A stretch of 64,000 bases of DNA from the human T2T-CHM13v2.0 reference genome, Homo sapiens: NCBI RefSeq assembly GCF_009914755.1, contig NC_060941.1; one strand, 5' to 3'. This document shows, piece after piece, positions 50,596 to 64,000 of the stretch (position 1 is its first letter; every line of letters starts with the position of its first letter). The position numbers were made by a program, and so were the translations under genes. Under the pieces are notes generated by a model, which was not told where the DNA came from, did not search any database, and saw only the letters and a list, made by a program, of their open reading frames with translations.

Positions 50596-51203
50596 TAGGC
50601 ATAGATTGTGGGGAGAGGGAAAGAGAGAAAGGGAGAGAGACAGGGAGGAGGGGAGAGAGGGAAAGGGGGAGAAGGCGAGGAAAAGGGTGGGAGGGAGAGG
50701 GAGAGAGACAAAATAACTCTTCAAATTTGAGAGAGATGGAAAGGATTCCAGCTGATGACAGCTACGGGCTTTACTGTATTTTACTTCTGCACCTAGTTGG
50801 TGAGCTAGGAGCTAGGGGCAGAGTAAGAGTTATTATTTCCTTCCTTTTATTTTTCTCTTTTTAGCTTCTAGCCTATCTGGGCAGAAAATAATCTGTCACC
50901 AGCCTGGCCCAACCAACAAGCAGAGCCCTGAGATGGGCAGGGAGCATTTGGTCCCCTGTGAGTTGTAGGAGGTTACCCTGAAATCTGAGAGGTGACATGG
51001 CTTACCAGGATCCCAGAGTGAGTGGAGTGGGGACCCCCCCTGGAATCTTACAGTTCAGACTCTCAACCCCCCTGCTTCTGTCCACACATACACAGGAGAT
51101 TTTCAAACAACGCTCCTTGAGAGGGAGGAGGGAGGTGCCGAGGCAGCTGTGACTCTCACGCCCATCTTTAATCAGAGCGGCTCCACTCAGACTTTAAAAA
51201 AAA

Positions 51204-52266
<1,063 letters not shown>

Positions 52267-53005
52267 CCAGAATATTTTCTGCATTCAGGATCTTGTAGTA
52301 GGTTGACAGAAAAAAAAGAGGTTTGAAAATACAACAAAGGGAAGGTACATTAGAAAGGGTAGTCCACACTAAAAGACTGGGAAAACCTAGTAACTAAGAA
52401 CACAGATTCTAGAACTGGACTCCGTGGATTCAAATCCCAGCTATGCCTCATATGATTTGCATTTCTTTATCTGTAAAATGGATAGATGGAAGCAGCTGTA
52501 CCTCCTAGGGTTGAGAGTGTTACATGAGTGGATGTACGTGACACACTTAGAAAATGCACTCAGCAACTGCCTTCTTAGCTTTTAACTCGGGGGTGGGAAA
52601 CCCAGGTTAGATTAAGCAGCTGTTGCGAATTGCTAATCAGGGGAGAAGTCAAAATTCCCTTCAATAACTAGTTCTGTCACTCCATTCTTTAATATTGATG
52701 CTTGGTCAAATTAATAAAGACATTTTATTTGGTTAGCCCCTTTGGTTGGAATGAAGAAAAAATTACTCTGGATAGCTCAAGAAACAAATTAAATAGGATA
52801 GGGAACATAGTGATTATTATAAGCATAATGATGGGCAAAAAGAGGAGACAAAAATCTCAGAACAGGATGAGAATGGGTTCTTGAATGCGGGACCCCATGC
52901 GATGTGGCTTCTGCAGGTGGAACAGCCACGTCCCCTTTGGTCTTCAGAAGCAGGAGCTGGTGGCTTCTTGCTGGAACAGCCCATCGTCCACTCATTCTCA
53001 TGCCC

Positions 53006-54027
53006 CTGTTTTGGGACAGTGGGGTGACCACTTTGTTTTAATTGCTTATGTAATTGTCTGCCTTTCCCTATGAGGTGCAGTCTTAGCGTGGGCAGCACCC
53101 AGCCAGGCTCACTACTGCTTGTTGGCAGAGCACCTAGCACATGACAGTCACTCCACAAATGGTAGCTGGCTAGATGGTGTATCAGGTAGGATATGGGGAG
53201 GCTTCCTCGCTCCCTCTGCTGCTGCTTCTCTTCTGTGCCCTTCTGCCCATCTCCTGCCCGCAGCCTCTCTGCCTCTTCCGCCGCACTCCCATACTGCTAG
53301 TCATGGTCAGATTCCCAAGAGAGAGAACATTGCAATGATCTAGCTCCTCTTGCTGCTCTCCTCAGTCACTGATTCATTCTTCCATCCACCTGCCTACGTG
53401 TCCACCCATCTCTTCGTATTTTGTTGCTACTGAGTATCTGTTTTCCTTTCCCTTCTCCAGTTCCTCCCATGGGGCTTTGGTGGGATGGACCCCACCCCAG
53501 ATCTAGCCATTGCACTGGCCACTGGAATGGCTTCAGAGAAAGTCGTGCGCCCCAATTTAGGCTAATGAGAGAATAGCTGGTTCTTATCTGGACCATGTGG
53601 TGTAAGAACAAGATCTTGTCTGCCTGGGTGTTCTGGGCCAACCCAAGGAGCCACACAAGATAGGATGGAGTGGGAGACAGGTACAGAGAGAGAGGGAAAG
53701 GTTGATTAGATACTGGATGACATGGTTTGAGTTACTGGATCAAGTCTCATTTGAAGCTAGAACTATTCCTGAACATCCAAGATTTTTTAGCTATTACATT
53801 CCTTTAGCCAGTTTTAATTGGGTTGCTTGCAACCCAAAGGATGCTACCTGACAGGCCATCTAGCCAGCTATCATTTGTGGGGTGACTGCCATGTGCTAGG
53901 TACTCTGCCAACAAGCAGTAGTGAGCCTGGCTGGGTGCTGCCCACGCTGAGGCTACGTCTCATAGGAAAAGGCAGACAATTACGTAAGCAATTAAAACAA
54001 AGTGGTCACTCCATTGTCCCAAAGCAG
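53006..54027. repeat. 184-bp inverted repeat (arms 53006-53189 and 53844-54027, 654-bp spacer)
   Basis: Manual alignment of arm 1 with revcomp of arm 2: no gaps, 17 mismatches. Confidence 0.93.
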
Positions 54028-56699
54028 AGAGTGGATGATTGGATTGGCTCCATTGTTTTAAAGCCAGTCTTTACATATGTTTATGTGTGCCTATGCACAG
54101 GAAAACATTAGAGATGTGATCTGTTGGCTTATTTTACACTTTGCTTTATTTTTGCAGTGAACCTTAATTACTCTAAAATCAAGGGGGGAAATGCTATTAG
54201 AATCAAAATGATAAGTATGGTAAGCATTGTGCTGGGAGAGGTACTGGATGCTGTTAGGAGCACTTAGCAGGGACTGGCTTTAGGCAGCTGCATAACTGCA
54301 GGGAGCAGTAGAGAAGGTTCAGTGAGGCTCACTTGTGCATAGAGACCTTCCTGCCTCTGCCTGTATAGGCCCACCCTTAGCGAGGCCCTGGGAGTATCGG
54401 CTGGTCAGAGAAGCCAGGCACAGGAGCCTGGAGTCCCTGGCCTCTTCTCCAGACTGTCTGGGGCGTTGGCTCCCTGATCTGGCCGGGAGCATTTCCCCAG
54501 CTCATTCCTCTGCCTTACGGTGGAGAGCTGGTTACTGGAAGCACAAAGCCCTTTCCTTTCAGGGCTCCAGAAGCTGAACATTAAGAAACCATTGCAAATA
54601 CAGTAATTGCTCAGAATGAGCATTAATGTCCTATTAAATAGAGGTGGCTGCTGTGGCTGGAATATCTAATTCAGCAGCCATTTCCTGAGAACCATGTTAA
54701 TGTGATTTGAGCTAATTACCTCCTCTCTGTCTAAGCTCAGTCCAGAAATTACTGAGGCCTCTGCCCTTCAGTCTTTGGAGAAGCACAAGAATCCCTCACT
54801 CCCTTTCTCGGCAGGGGAGTTCCGGAGGTTCAGGCAGCAAGCAATCATCAATCAATCAGCGATTGGCCACTCTGTGCTTGACATTGGACTAGGTGCTGAG
54901 GAGGTGGGGACACTCATTAAATCTCATTCTGTGCCTTTGAGGCATTTGACATTTGTCTAAGAAGTCAGGACAACCGTGGCTAAGAAATGAAAGAATTGGA
55001 GAACATACAGGACAGCATGGACTCTTCATTAGTTCAGTCATTCTTGGTGGTAGAGGGCACACTGGTGGATAACACAGCTCTGGTCCCACAGTCATGGGAG
55101 CTTATGTTCTAATGAGACAGACATTGACTAAGCAATTGTGCAGTAGTTGACTAACCACAACAGTAATATGCGTGATGGATTATTACAGGATGTCATGAGA
55201 GAATAAAATGAGGAGTGGGGTGGAAACTGACCTAGCCTTTGGGGAAGGGGGTCTGAAAAAGCCTCCAAGGGAGTAGGAGACCCGAGAGTGAGCAGGAATG
55301 AGCAGAGCACAGGAGCGAAGGGGATCTCTTCACCTCCGCACTGTTTGCGGAGTATGGGGGCTGGGCACAGAGAGGAAAGGGCAGGGTGGTGCCCGGTAAA
55401 GCAGTACTGTCTCTCTGTCTTGCTGCCTGCAGCAGCATGTCGTGGTGCCCAGTGCCAGGACCTTGGAGTTGGGAGACCTGGGTTCCAGTGGCACCCTAGC
55501 TTTGTGTCCCCAGAGGAGTTACTCATGTGTTATTGAGAACACACGGTACACACCTGGGTTTCACCTCCTCAGGGGAAAACACTGGAGATTACTAACTTCC
55601 AGTGCGAAAATCCCATGATTATGTAAATTCTAGGTTCTGAGTCCTGCAGCAATGAGATGGAACCATCCTGCAAGGGTCTGTAGGGGTTGGAAGGGGAAAG
55701 AGTGTAGGGGGCCAAGTCAGACTATGGGGTCTGAGGGTATAAAGGGTGGTTCCATTCTGTGACCAGGAGCGAGTTCTCTTCCTTTCTGGGCCCTGCAGCT
55801 GCACTGTCGCAAGCCCTACAATTGGGCTTCTCTTGCGCAGCCCTCACTCCTGCAGCTGCGTTCTAGTCCAGCTAGAATTCCAGTCATGGAGACTACTTGA
55901 GTTCTTTTCCTGGGGCCTCTTGATCCCCTTGTAAATCAGAGACTGAGGACAGAGACTTGATGGCAAAGGGAAGGGGGTGAGCAGAGGATCTGGACGCAAT
56001 TCCACCTCTGGCCTTATTAGTAAGGTGACTGGTAGATGCTGTGAAATGCACCCAGACCCCTCTTCAGGAATGAAGGACTTACTTGCCCAGCTTCTGGGAG
56101 TGCTGCCAGAGGTGGCTTTCAGCCGTCCGCCCTGGATCACCTCACCTGAAAAAAATAGCCCGTCCCAAAGTCATGCCTCTTTCCAGGGGCAGCCTGTGAT
56201 CAGGGACTGATCCAAGCCAGGGTATAAAGGCCTGGTTCCCTCTACACAACTTGAGATAACTCCAAAGGGTCAGCTCAGCTCCAAAATTCCTCTCAGGGTT
56301 GACTGAAATCTTCATTAAGACGGCATCGCAGCTCCATGTTTCCCATCTCTTCCTGGCAGTCCTGCACGCAGAGCTTTGTCTCAGGTTCTGCTTCTCTGGG
56401 AACCCAACCTGCAACCGTGCTCTTCGACAAGCCCCTTCAGCGTTTTGTGCCTCAGTTTCCTCATTTGTAAAATCGGGATAATAATGACCACACTTCAGGC
56501 TGTTGAAAGGATTTAAAAAACAAATTCCTGGTGGTGGGATCATTTATAAGGGTATTTGCGTTTCGTCATGACTTGGATAATCTTACCAGCATTGAGTGGC
56601 AATCAAAAATGTTTCCAGATGTGGCCAAATGACCCTGGGGAGGAGGGGGAGTCAGAATCACCCCTGGTGGAGAATTAGTGGTTTTAAAAAGGGAGAGGG

Positions 56700-56995
56700 G
56701 GGTGGGCATGGTGGCTCACTTCTGCAGTCCTAACACTTTGTGAGGCAGAGGCAGGAGGATCACTTGAGGCCAGGAGTTCAAGACCACCAGCCTGGGCAAC
56801 ACAGTGAGACCCCATCTCTACAAAAAATTAAAAAATTAGCTGGACGTGGTGGCTCATGCCTATAGTCCCAGCTACTAGGGAGGCCGAGGTGGGAGGACTG
56901 CTTGAACCCAGGAGGTTAAGGCTACAGTGAATCATGATCATCATGCCACTGCACTGTGGCCTGGGCAACAGAGCAAGACTCTGTCTCTTAAAAAA
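56700..56995 (+). mobile_element. Alu (AluJ-like)
   Basis: Diverged dimer. Confidence 0.9.
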
Positions 56996-57834
56996 ATATT
57001 TAAAGAAGAAAAGGGAGCGGGAAAAATCATTTATCCATTTCCCTTGGTGATTACACATCAAGGCACAAACACCACTCAACACTTCCCAGCCTCCCTGAGG
57101 CTGCGGCCTGGCCATCACTTTCTTCATTAGACAGGACTGAGCACCCACTGCTCTCTCTCCCTGGAGGGGAGGGACTGGCAGCCATTGTTTCTTTCCAGGA
57201 GAACCTGGGCTTCTAATTTCATCCCGTGCGTAAACTGTATTGGGCACTGGACAAAGCTCTCAGTTAGTACAAGGGATGGTCCAGGTGAGGGCTCATTTGA
57301 TCCCATCACAAATCCCCGCAGGGTCCTCTCAGCAGCAGGGAGCAGGACTGGGCCTCTGACCCCCGGTGACTGTAGGTCCTCCTTTCCTGGATGCTCAGTG
57401 AGGTGGTTCCCTGGCAACAGCACAGCATCCTAGCAGCCCCAAGGCACATGAACCACAGACAGAGGGCAGATGAGACAAAAGAGTCTTCCGTGCTCACTGT
57501 GGGCATTGTGTCAGTGTTTACCCTGGGAAGCTCCTGGATGTGCTGTTGACCCTTCTCTCTGGAGAACTTTAGCCTGGCCCCTGCCCACCCCACTGGAGCC
57601 ATTACTCAGAGCTCTGTGCTACAAAGGCCCAGAGAAAGGACCCTGGGGAGGAGGCTACATGGAGGCTACATTCATTCATTCATTCACTGATTCATTCAAT
57701 AGGTATACTTTGTATCTCTACTGTGTCTATCTATTGAGCCACTAATATGTGTACATCTCTGGGAATATTAAGTTGGTTGAGATATGGGTTGAATATGCTG
57801 TGCAACAGTGGGGAATTTAAAACACAGTCCTTGA

Positions 57835-58194
<360 letters not shown>

Positions 58195-59485
58195 TAAGGA
58201 CTAATATGAATTTTCTGTAAAGCAGAAGCACGCAGGAGAAATTTCCAGGCACCTGTGATGGAGGAGGATGAAGCAAGGGAGGAGCAGCCTTTATTGTGTG
58301 CTCAGGTGTGGGAGACCCTTAGCACCTGTACAGCTTGGGAAGAAGAATGTGGAGCTCTGAGAAGTGAAGAACATGCCCCAAATATATTGCCTGTGCTGAA
58401 GACAAAGAGGGTTTGATGACACGAGGATTTGCCCCCCTTTTCTGTTAGGACCACCTGGCTGCCTCCAAACACTCTCTGACTTGCCTCCTAGTTGCTCGCC
58501 TCACGTTTTCTCCTCCTCCGCTTTTCTAGAAAATATGCTCTCTTAAGAACCAAGTCTGAAGCGAAGGCTGTACTTGAACTTCGGGCTGGCTGGACCACTC
58601 AGACCGATTGAGGTGCTCTATCTCCCTAACACCTGCACTCTAAGAACCACATAAAGGACTCGCTGGTTTGCGGCTGGGTGGGGTTGGGTGGGGCTGGGTG
58701 AGGGCGTGTGAGTCAGCTTGGATAAAGAAAATCATCCAGGAGGGATGTGTTTTGGGACACTGACTACTGACCTCTTTTCTGACCCTCTTTGTTCCAGGCA
58801 ACTGTGCAGATCCCGGCACTTTGGCTGTTTCCAGGAGTCTGTGCTTTTTTCCCCAAGGGGCTGGCCAGGAAGGGCTGCCTGGGAGACAGTGGCTGCTCAC
58901 TGTTGCCATTTTTCTCTCCCATGATCTCAAAGCCACCCATTAAGGGAACCATCAGCTACTTGGGCAATTTCCTTCTGTGTAGAGAGCGAATGACATTTGC
59001 ACTATTTGCTCATCTAACGCACCCGACATGTCCTCCTTTCTGGTTAATTTGGGTCCCAACTAGGGAGTCCTGTACTGACATCATTCAGGCAGTTGGGGGC
59101 TCTGGCCACTGTATATCTGGCAGCACAGGTCCCCCACTCTCTTGGATAACTGCCCAGCCCAGTTATCCATTGAGGGGATGCTTCAAATGGCTGGGAAAGT
59201 TCACAGAAAAAGGTGTGAGCCGTGGTGAAGCTTGTCTTTATTAACCAGTGAGCAAAAAACATTTTAATTAAATTGCAAAGATACACATCTTTGGTTCCCT
59301 CTTGAAATCTAGCAGAAAGTATGCCAGGGAAGAAAATTTGCACAGGGAGAATATTCAAATCAGAAGTATTTTCCAGTTTAAAATATCAGCAGGGGCAGGC
59401 AAGGGCTGGGGAGAAGAACAGGAGTGGTTATCTTGGAGTCCCCTGTGAAGTCCCTCACGAAGAAAAGACTTATACAAGAATTCTT

Positions 59486-59790
59486 GGCTGGGCACGGTGG
59501 CTCACGCCTGTAATCTCAGCACTTTGGGAGGCCAGGGCGGGCGGATCATGAGGTCAGGAGATCGAGACCATCCTGGCTAACATGGTGAAACCCCGTCTCT
59601 ACTAAACAAAATACAAAAAATTAGCTGGGCGTGATGGCGGGCGCCTGTAGTCCCAGCTACTTGGGAGGCTGAGGCAGGAGAATGGCATGAACCCAGGAGG
59701 CGGAGCTTGCAGTGTCCGAGATCAGGCCACTGCACTCCAGCCTGGGTGATAGAGTGAGACTCCGTCTCAAAGAAAGAAAGAAAAAAAAGA
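59486..59790 (+). mobile_element. Alu (AluY-like)
   Basis: GAGATCGAGACCATCCTGGCTAA and GGAGCTTGCAG diagnostics; TSD AAGAATTCT. Confidence 0.93.
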
Positions 59791-61334
59791 ATTCTCACCT
59801 CCCAGGGTTATGTCTATTTGAAACTTAGAATAATTGCCTCCGTTGGCTGATTTTCCTCTGAAGGAGAAATTATAAAATTTAAGATGGGGAAGGGAGGTGT
59901 GGAGAAGGATGCTGGAGATATTCTGGCTACTGCAGTAACTGGATGGCTATCTGCTTTTCTGCAGGCCCCTAAGGTAAAAGCCTTGCTCCAAGTCCCCTTC
60001 TGACTTCTAGTCACTTCCGTGCTGCCAGCAGAGGGCGTGGGATTCTTCCTGAGGAGCCTGAGTCTCAGCTTTGCCAGGTCCTTGCTGTGTGACCTTGGGT
60101 AAGTTACATAACCTCTCTGAGCCTCAGTTTTCTCAGCCATAAAACAGAGACAATAGTCAGCCCTACATTTCAGGATTGTTGTGAGAAGTAAATAAGACTA
60201 TGCAAAAGGCCTTTCTTCCCCTTCCTCCTCTTCCATCTGGGGGCCCTGCTCTTCCTTTCTCAAGCTGTCCCTCCTCCCAGCATCTTTCTGAGTCTGCGTG
60301 CACTCAGAAAGCTGGCTCCTCTTCCTCATCTACCGGTACCCTTTGGAACACCTGGGGCTACCCTTGCTCACATTGTTATCTCATTACATTCTCATCTCTT
60401 ACACTGGAAAACTGACCACCTGTATAATCCACATCTGAGCCCAGAGCCAGCACATGGGAGGCCTCTTAATGTTGAATGAAATCGCTTTGCAAACCGCAAA
60501 GAGCTTCCAACAGCCCCTTAGCTGTCATCATCCAGGGAAGCATTTGTCATAGCAAAACAACCTACCTCACCAAAAAGTGAAGCGTGCCTGGGTCCAGCCT
60601 GTAGAGAGAGGCTTGGGGGAAGGAGTGGATGCAGAGCCCATTTTGTGCCACTGGGGAGAGGAGTCCCGAAAGGCCACTGACTGGGAAGCCCAGGCCTCTG
60701 CAAGCCCATGCTGTTCACTCCTTGGTTGGATATAAGTCAAGATCCTCTGAGCCTTCCTCCATCATCTTTCTGCTGTCCAACACCGCAGTATCACTAAGCC
60801 CCTCCCCTAGCTGGATAAAGGAGCTCTGCTGGGCTCTTCCTGCCTGCCGCGGGATCTTTGTGTCTCGCGTCTCTGAGATCTTGGTCCCATCACCGACTTG
60901 CTCTGTGATTTTGCAAAGGTCACTTAGTTTCTCTGAGCCTTGATTTTCTTATTTATAAAATGGAGTGCCTCAGGAATCAAAGGAAATAGAGCGAATGTCT
61001 CCCCTCTTCCCTCAGCTACAGCTCAGGCGCTCTCCACCCTGGCAGCCCAGAAGAATTACCTGGGAGCTTTAAGAACATCTGAATGCCGCCCTGCGGGTCT
61101 CCCAGTCGCCTTTCTGACTCAGCGGATCTTCAATGAGACTAGGGCATTGGCTACTTTTTTTAAAGCTCCCCAGGTGATTCATGGGTTGAGTAGGGGCTGA
61201 GAACCATTGTGGGCTGCTTGGCCAACAACAGGGCCCCTCTGTCCTGGCTGTTGTCACTCTGTCTGGCTTCACTCCACCTCCCATCCCGCAACCCTGCCTC
61301 TTAGAGGCTGCTGAACATCTTACAGTTTCCCAGA

Positions 61335-61809
61335 GGGCTCTCTCCCTCTCTCCCTCACTCTCCCTCCCTCCCTCTCTCCCTTTTTCTCTCTCCCTCTCTA
61401 CTCCCTCCTCCTTTGTCTCTTTCTCTTCCTTCTTCTCTTTTTCCCCCTCTTCCTTTCCCTCCCTCTCTCCCTTTTTCTCTCTCCCTCTCTACTCCCTCCT
61501 CCTCTGTCTCTTTCTCTTCCTTCTTCTCTTTTTCCCCCTCTTCCTTTTCCTCCCTCTCTCCCTTTCTCTCTTCCTCTCTATCCTCTCCCCCTTCCTCTCT
61601 TTCTCCCTCCCTTTCTCTTCTTCTCGCCCTCTCTTTTTTCCTTTCTCCCTCCCTCTCTCTTACCCTTCCTCCTCCTCTCTCTCCCTCTCCCCTTTCTCCC
61701 TCTCTTTCTCCCTTTCTCTCTCTTCCTCTCTACCCTTTTTCTTTCTCTCTCTCTCCCTTTCTCTGTCCCCCTCCCCCCTCCTTTTCCTTTCTTCCCCCTC
61801 TTTCCCTTC

Positions 61810-61842
<33 letters not shown>
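61335..61842. repeat. ~500-bp polypyrimidine tract containing a 91-bp tandem duplication
   Basis: C/T-only tract; the block at 61381 recurs at 61472. Confidence 0.92.
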
Positions 61843-61844
<2 letters not shown>

Positions 61845-62144
61845 GGGTTTCCCTGCCTTTCTATATCACCTTGTTCTCCCTACCCAGACTGCTGTCCTCT
61901 AGGCTTAGCTGAGCCCTTCTCATCCTGGGAGCCTCGCCTGGGCCCTGTGTCTGGGGTTGGCCCCCTCCATGCTCCTCCACCCCACCTGCTGCCACCTTGA
62001 GTCTTCTCTCTGTGTCTCCTAATAGTCAATGTCTCACTGCCCTGGAGGCCCCTCTGTGGCTTAGAACCTGGCATATGGTGGGAGTTCTGAGTTTGCCAGT
62101 CCTGCCTTCCTTCCCTCCCTCTCCTTCGGCCCCCTTGGTCTCTT

Positions 62145-62815
62145 TCAGCAGTGTTCTCAAGCTTTAGCAAGCATCAGAGTCACCTGGAAGGCCTGTCAAA
62201 ACACACATTGCTGGGCCCCACCCCCAGGGTTTCCTATTCAGTGCAGGGGAGGAGTAGATGATTTGCAATTCTAACAATTTCCCAGATGATAATGACCCAC
62301 TCTGAGAGCCACTGCTTTAGAGAAGGGTGTTTCAATCCAGGCACTATGGACATGCTGGGCTGGATAATTCCTTGTTGTGTGCCCTGTCCTGTGCACTGTA
62401 GGATGTTGGGCAGCATCCCTGGCCTCTACCCACCAGATGCCAGTAGTAACCCTCCTCCACATGCCACAACCAGAAATGTCTCCAAACCTGGCCAGATATC
62501 TCCTATGGGGGCAAAATCACCCCAACATTGAGAACCACTGCTCTAGAACTCTTTGTCCTGGGGGTGGAGTGGACTCTGTGGGGACTTGGCAAGGCCAAGT
62601 TCTAAATTACTGTCCTCAAGCCAAATCAGGCCAGCCACCTGTTTTTATAAATAAGGGCTCACTGGAACACACAGCCCCACCCATTCATTGTCATCTTCTT
62701 TCTGCTGCTTTCTTGCTACAAGGGTGGAACTGAGTAGTTGCGACAGAGGCCATCTGGTCTGCAAAGTCTGAGACATTCACTATCTGGCTCTTTTCAGAAA
62801 AAGTCTACCGACCCC
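62145..62815. mobile_element. hAT transposon cluster: MER5A-like (62145-62314), MER20-like (62323-62540), MER58-like (~62610-62815)
   Basis: TIR ends GAGAGCCACTG and GAGAACCACTG; 8-bp target sites CTTTAGAG and CTCTAGAA; MER58 motif GCCACCTGTTTTTATAAATAA. Confidence 0.75.
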
Positions 62816-64000
62816 TTTCAGACCCTGAAGGGGTCTGGTAGAATGTGATGTGGTAGAAGGACCGGGGCAGGTGGGCCCACCCACTCTCTTCCATCCAAAG
62901 GAAGGGTAGTCCTCCAGGCTGAAGCTAAATAAAGGGCGTCTTCTATCCCCAGGAGTTTCCTATGCTGGGAAGGGGGTTGGGGGTGGCATTGGGCCCGGCA
63001 GCCTGGGGCCAGGCTGGGATTTTCCACCACTGCCTGGTTCACGGCCATGTGGTCACCTCCCTTTGACCAGACCTGGGCTCTGCTTATCTACAGGGTAAAC
63101 AAGAGCTCCGCACACAGCCCCAGGGAGAAGGAACCAAGCGGGTAGATTCTGAGGCAGAGTGGAAGTGTACATAGCATTTGGGTCTGATATGTCAAGGGGA
63201 GGACTGGGGAAGAGGGACGTTGGGCTGGTTCTTTCATTCATTTGACATTTATGGAGCATCTGCTGAACCCAAGGCACCATGTAAAAGGCACAGTGAACAA
63301 GATACTGTTCTTGTCCTCTTGGATTTTCAGAGTTTGGGGAAAACAAGCAAGGAAGGGATAATTACCCTTGGGGAAGCACAGGGGTGACACAGAGGAGGCT
63401 CTAACCCAGTCCTGCTGGTGTGGTTTGAGGGGGCTTTGAAGACAAGACATTCAATACCTATTTTTGAGTCACAAGTCTACTCTGTTCCCCTTCCTTTAAT
63501 GGGACAGCTTTTAAGCCCCCCAGATTCCTTCCTAAGTGCTCCAGCTATGTATCAGCTCAAGTCTGTGCCCTGATTGTCATACCTCCTTGAGCTAAGCCTC
63601 TGCCCCCATCAAGGAGGCCTCAGCTGGCCCCACCCCGTTTCTCTTGTCCAGAGCACGAGGAATGCATGGCAGGCTGTTTGCAGCAACTGAGTAGTCTAGC
63701 AAGGGTGCCTCTTCTGGGACATTGCTCATGCCTGTCCCCTCTGCCTGGTTACTGTCCTCCTCCTATCTCCTGGCCCATCTCAATCCAAATCCCACCTTGA
63801 CTTTTTCACATCCACACAAATGCTCCCTCATCTGTGAAGGGGGATCATAGATTGCAGTTGACTGTGGATGACAGTTGTGCGTGTGCGTGGTTTCAGAACC
63901 ATGGAGTATTCATCTCTGTACTCTTTATAGCCAAATTTAGCACCACGGTGCTTCCCTGGAAGTTCACAGTAAGGATTTTCTGAGTGAGCCAATGAATAAA

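Noticed and set aside
54620-54730. Cluster of TAAT, MEF2-like and STAT-like motifs suggesting an enhancer
   Set aside because: Matches are imperfect and expected by chance; cannot be supported without conservation or chromatin data.

Overview
Human (primate) genomic DNA, recognisable from the encoded proteins as the chr17p13.1 SCO1-ADPRM-TMEM220 region. It contains SCO1 exons 1-2 (minus strand), head-to-head on a CpG-island/ETS promoter with the complete ADPRM gene (plus strand, 4 exons, spliced CDS 1029 nt = 342 aa). The complete TMEM220 gene (minus strand, 6 exons, CDS 483 nt = 160 aa) converges on ADPRM and carries a MAGOH processed pseudogene in its last intron. The last ~28 kb are repeat-rich (Alu, L1, L2, MLT1, MER, polypyrimidine tracts) and include an Alu-disrupted RPS27A (ubiquitin-S27a) processed pseudogene. 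I see no CRISPR, tRNA/rRNA or new protein-coding system. The most interesting unexplained structures are: (i) a 184-bp, gap-free, ~91% identical non-Alu inverted repeat at 53.0/53.8 kb; (ii) a 533-bp orphan retro-insertion with a perfect 17-bp TSD whose poly(A) signal comes from an antisense THE1/MST LTR; (iii) ADPRM exon 2 and exon 2+3 circles that would be stop-free endless ORFs; (iv) a CAG-TAG tandem acceptor in SCO1 whose proximal AG would add an in-frame stop; and (v) re-splicing-competent AG|GT exon junctions and unusual poly(A) signals in TMEM220. Exon boundaries were read by eye from GT/AG and frame continuity. Repeat boundaries and subfamily names are approximate.
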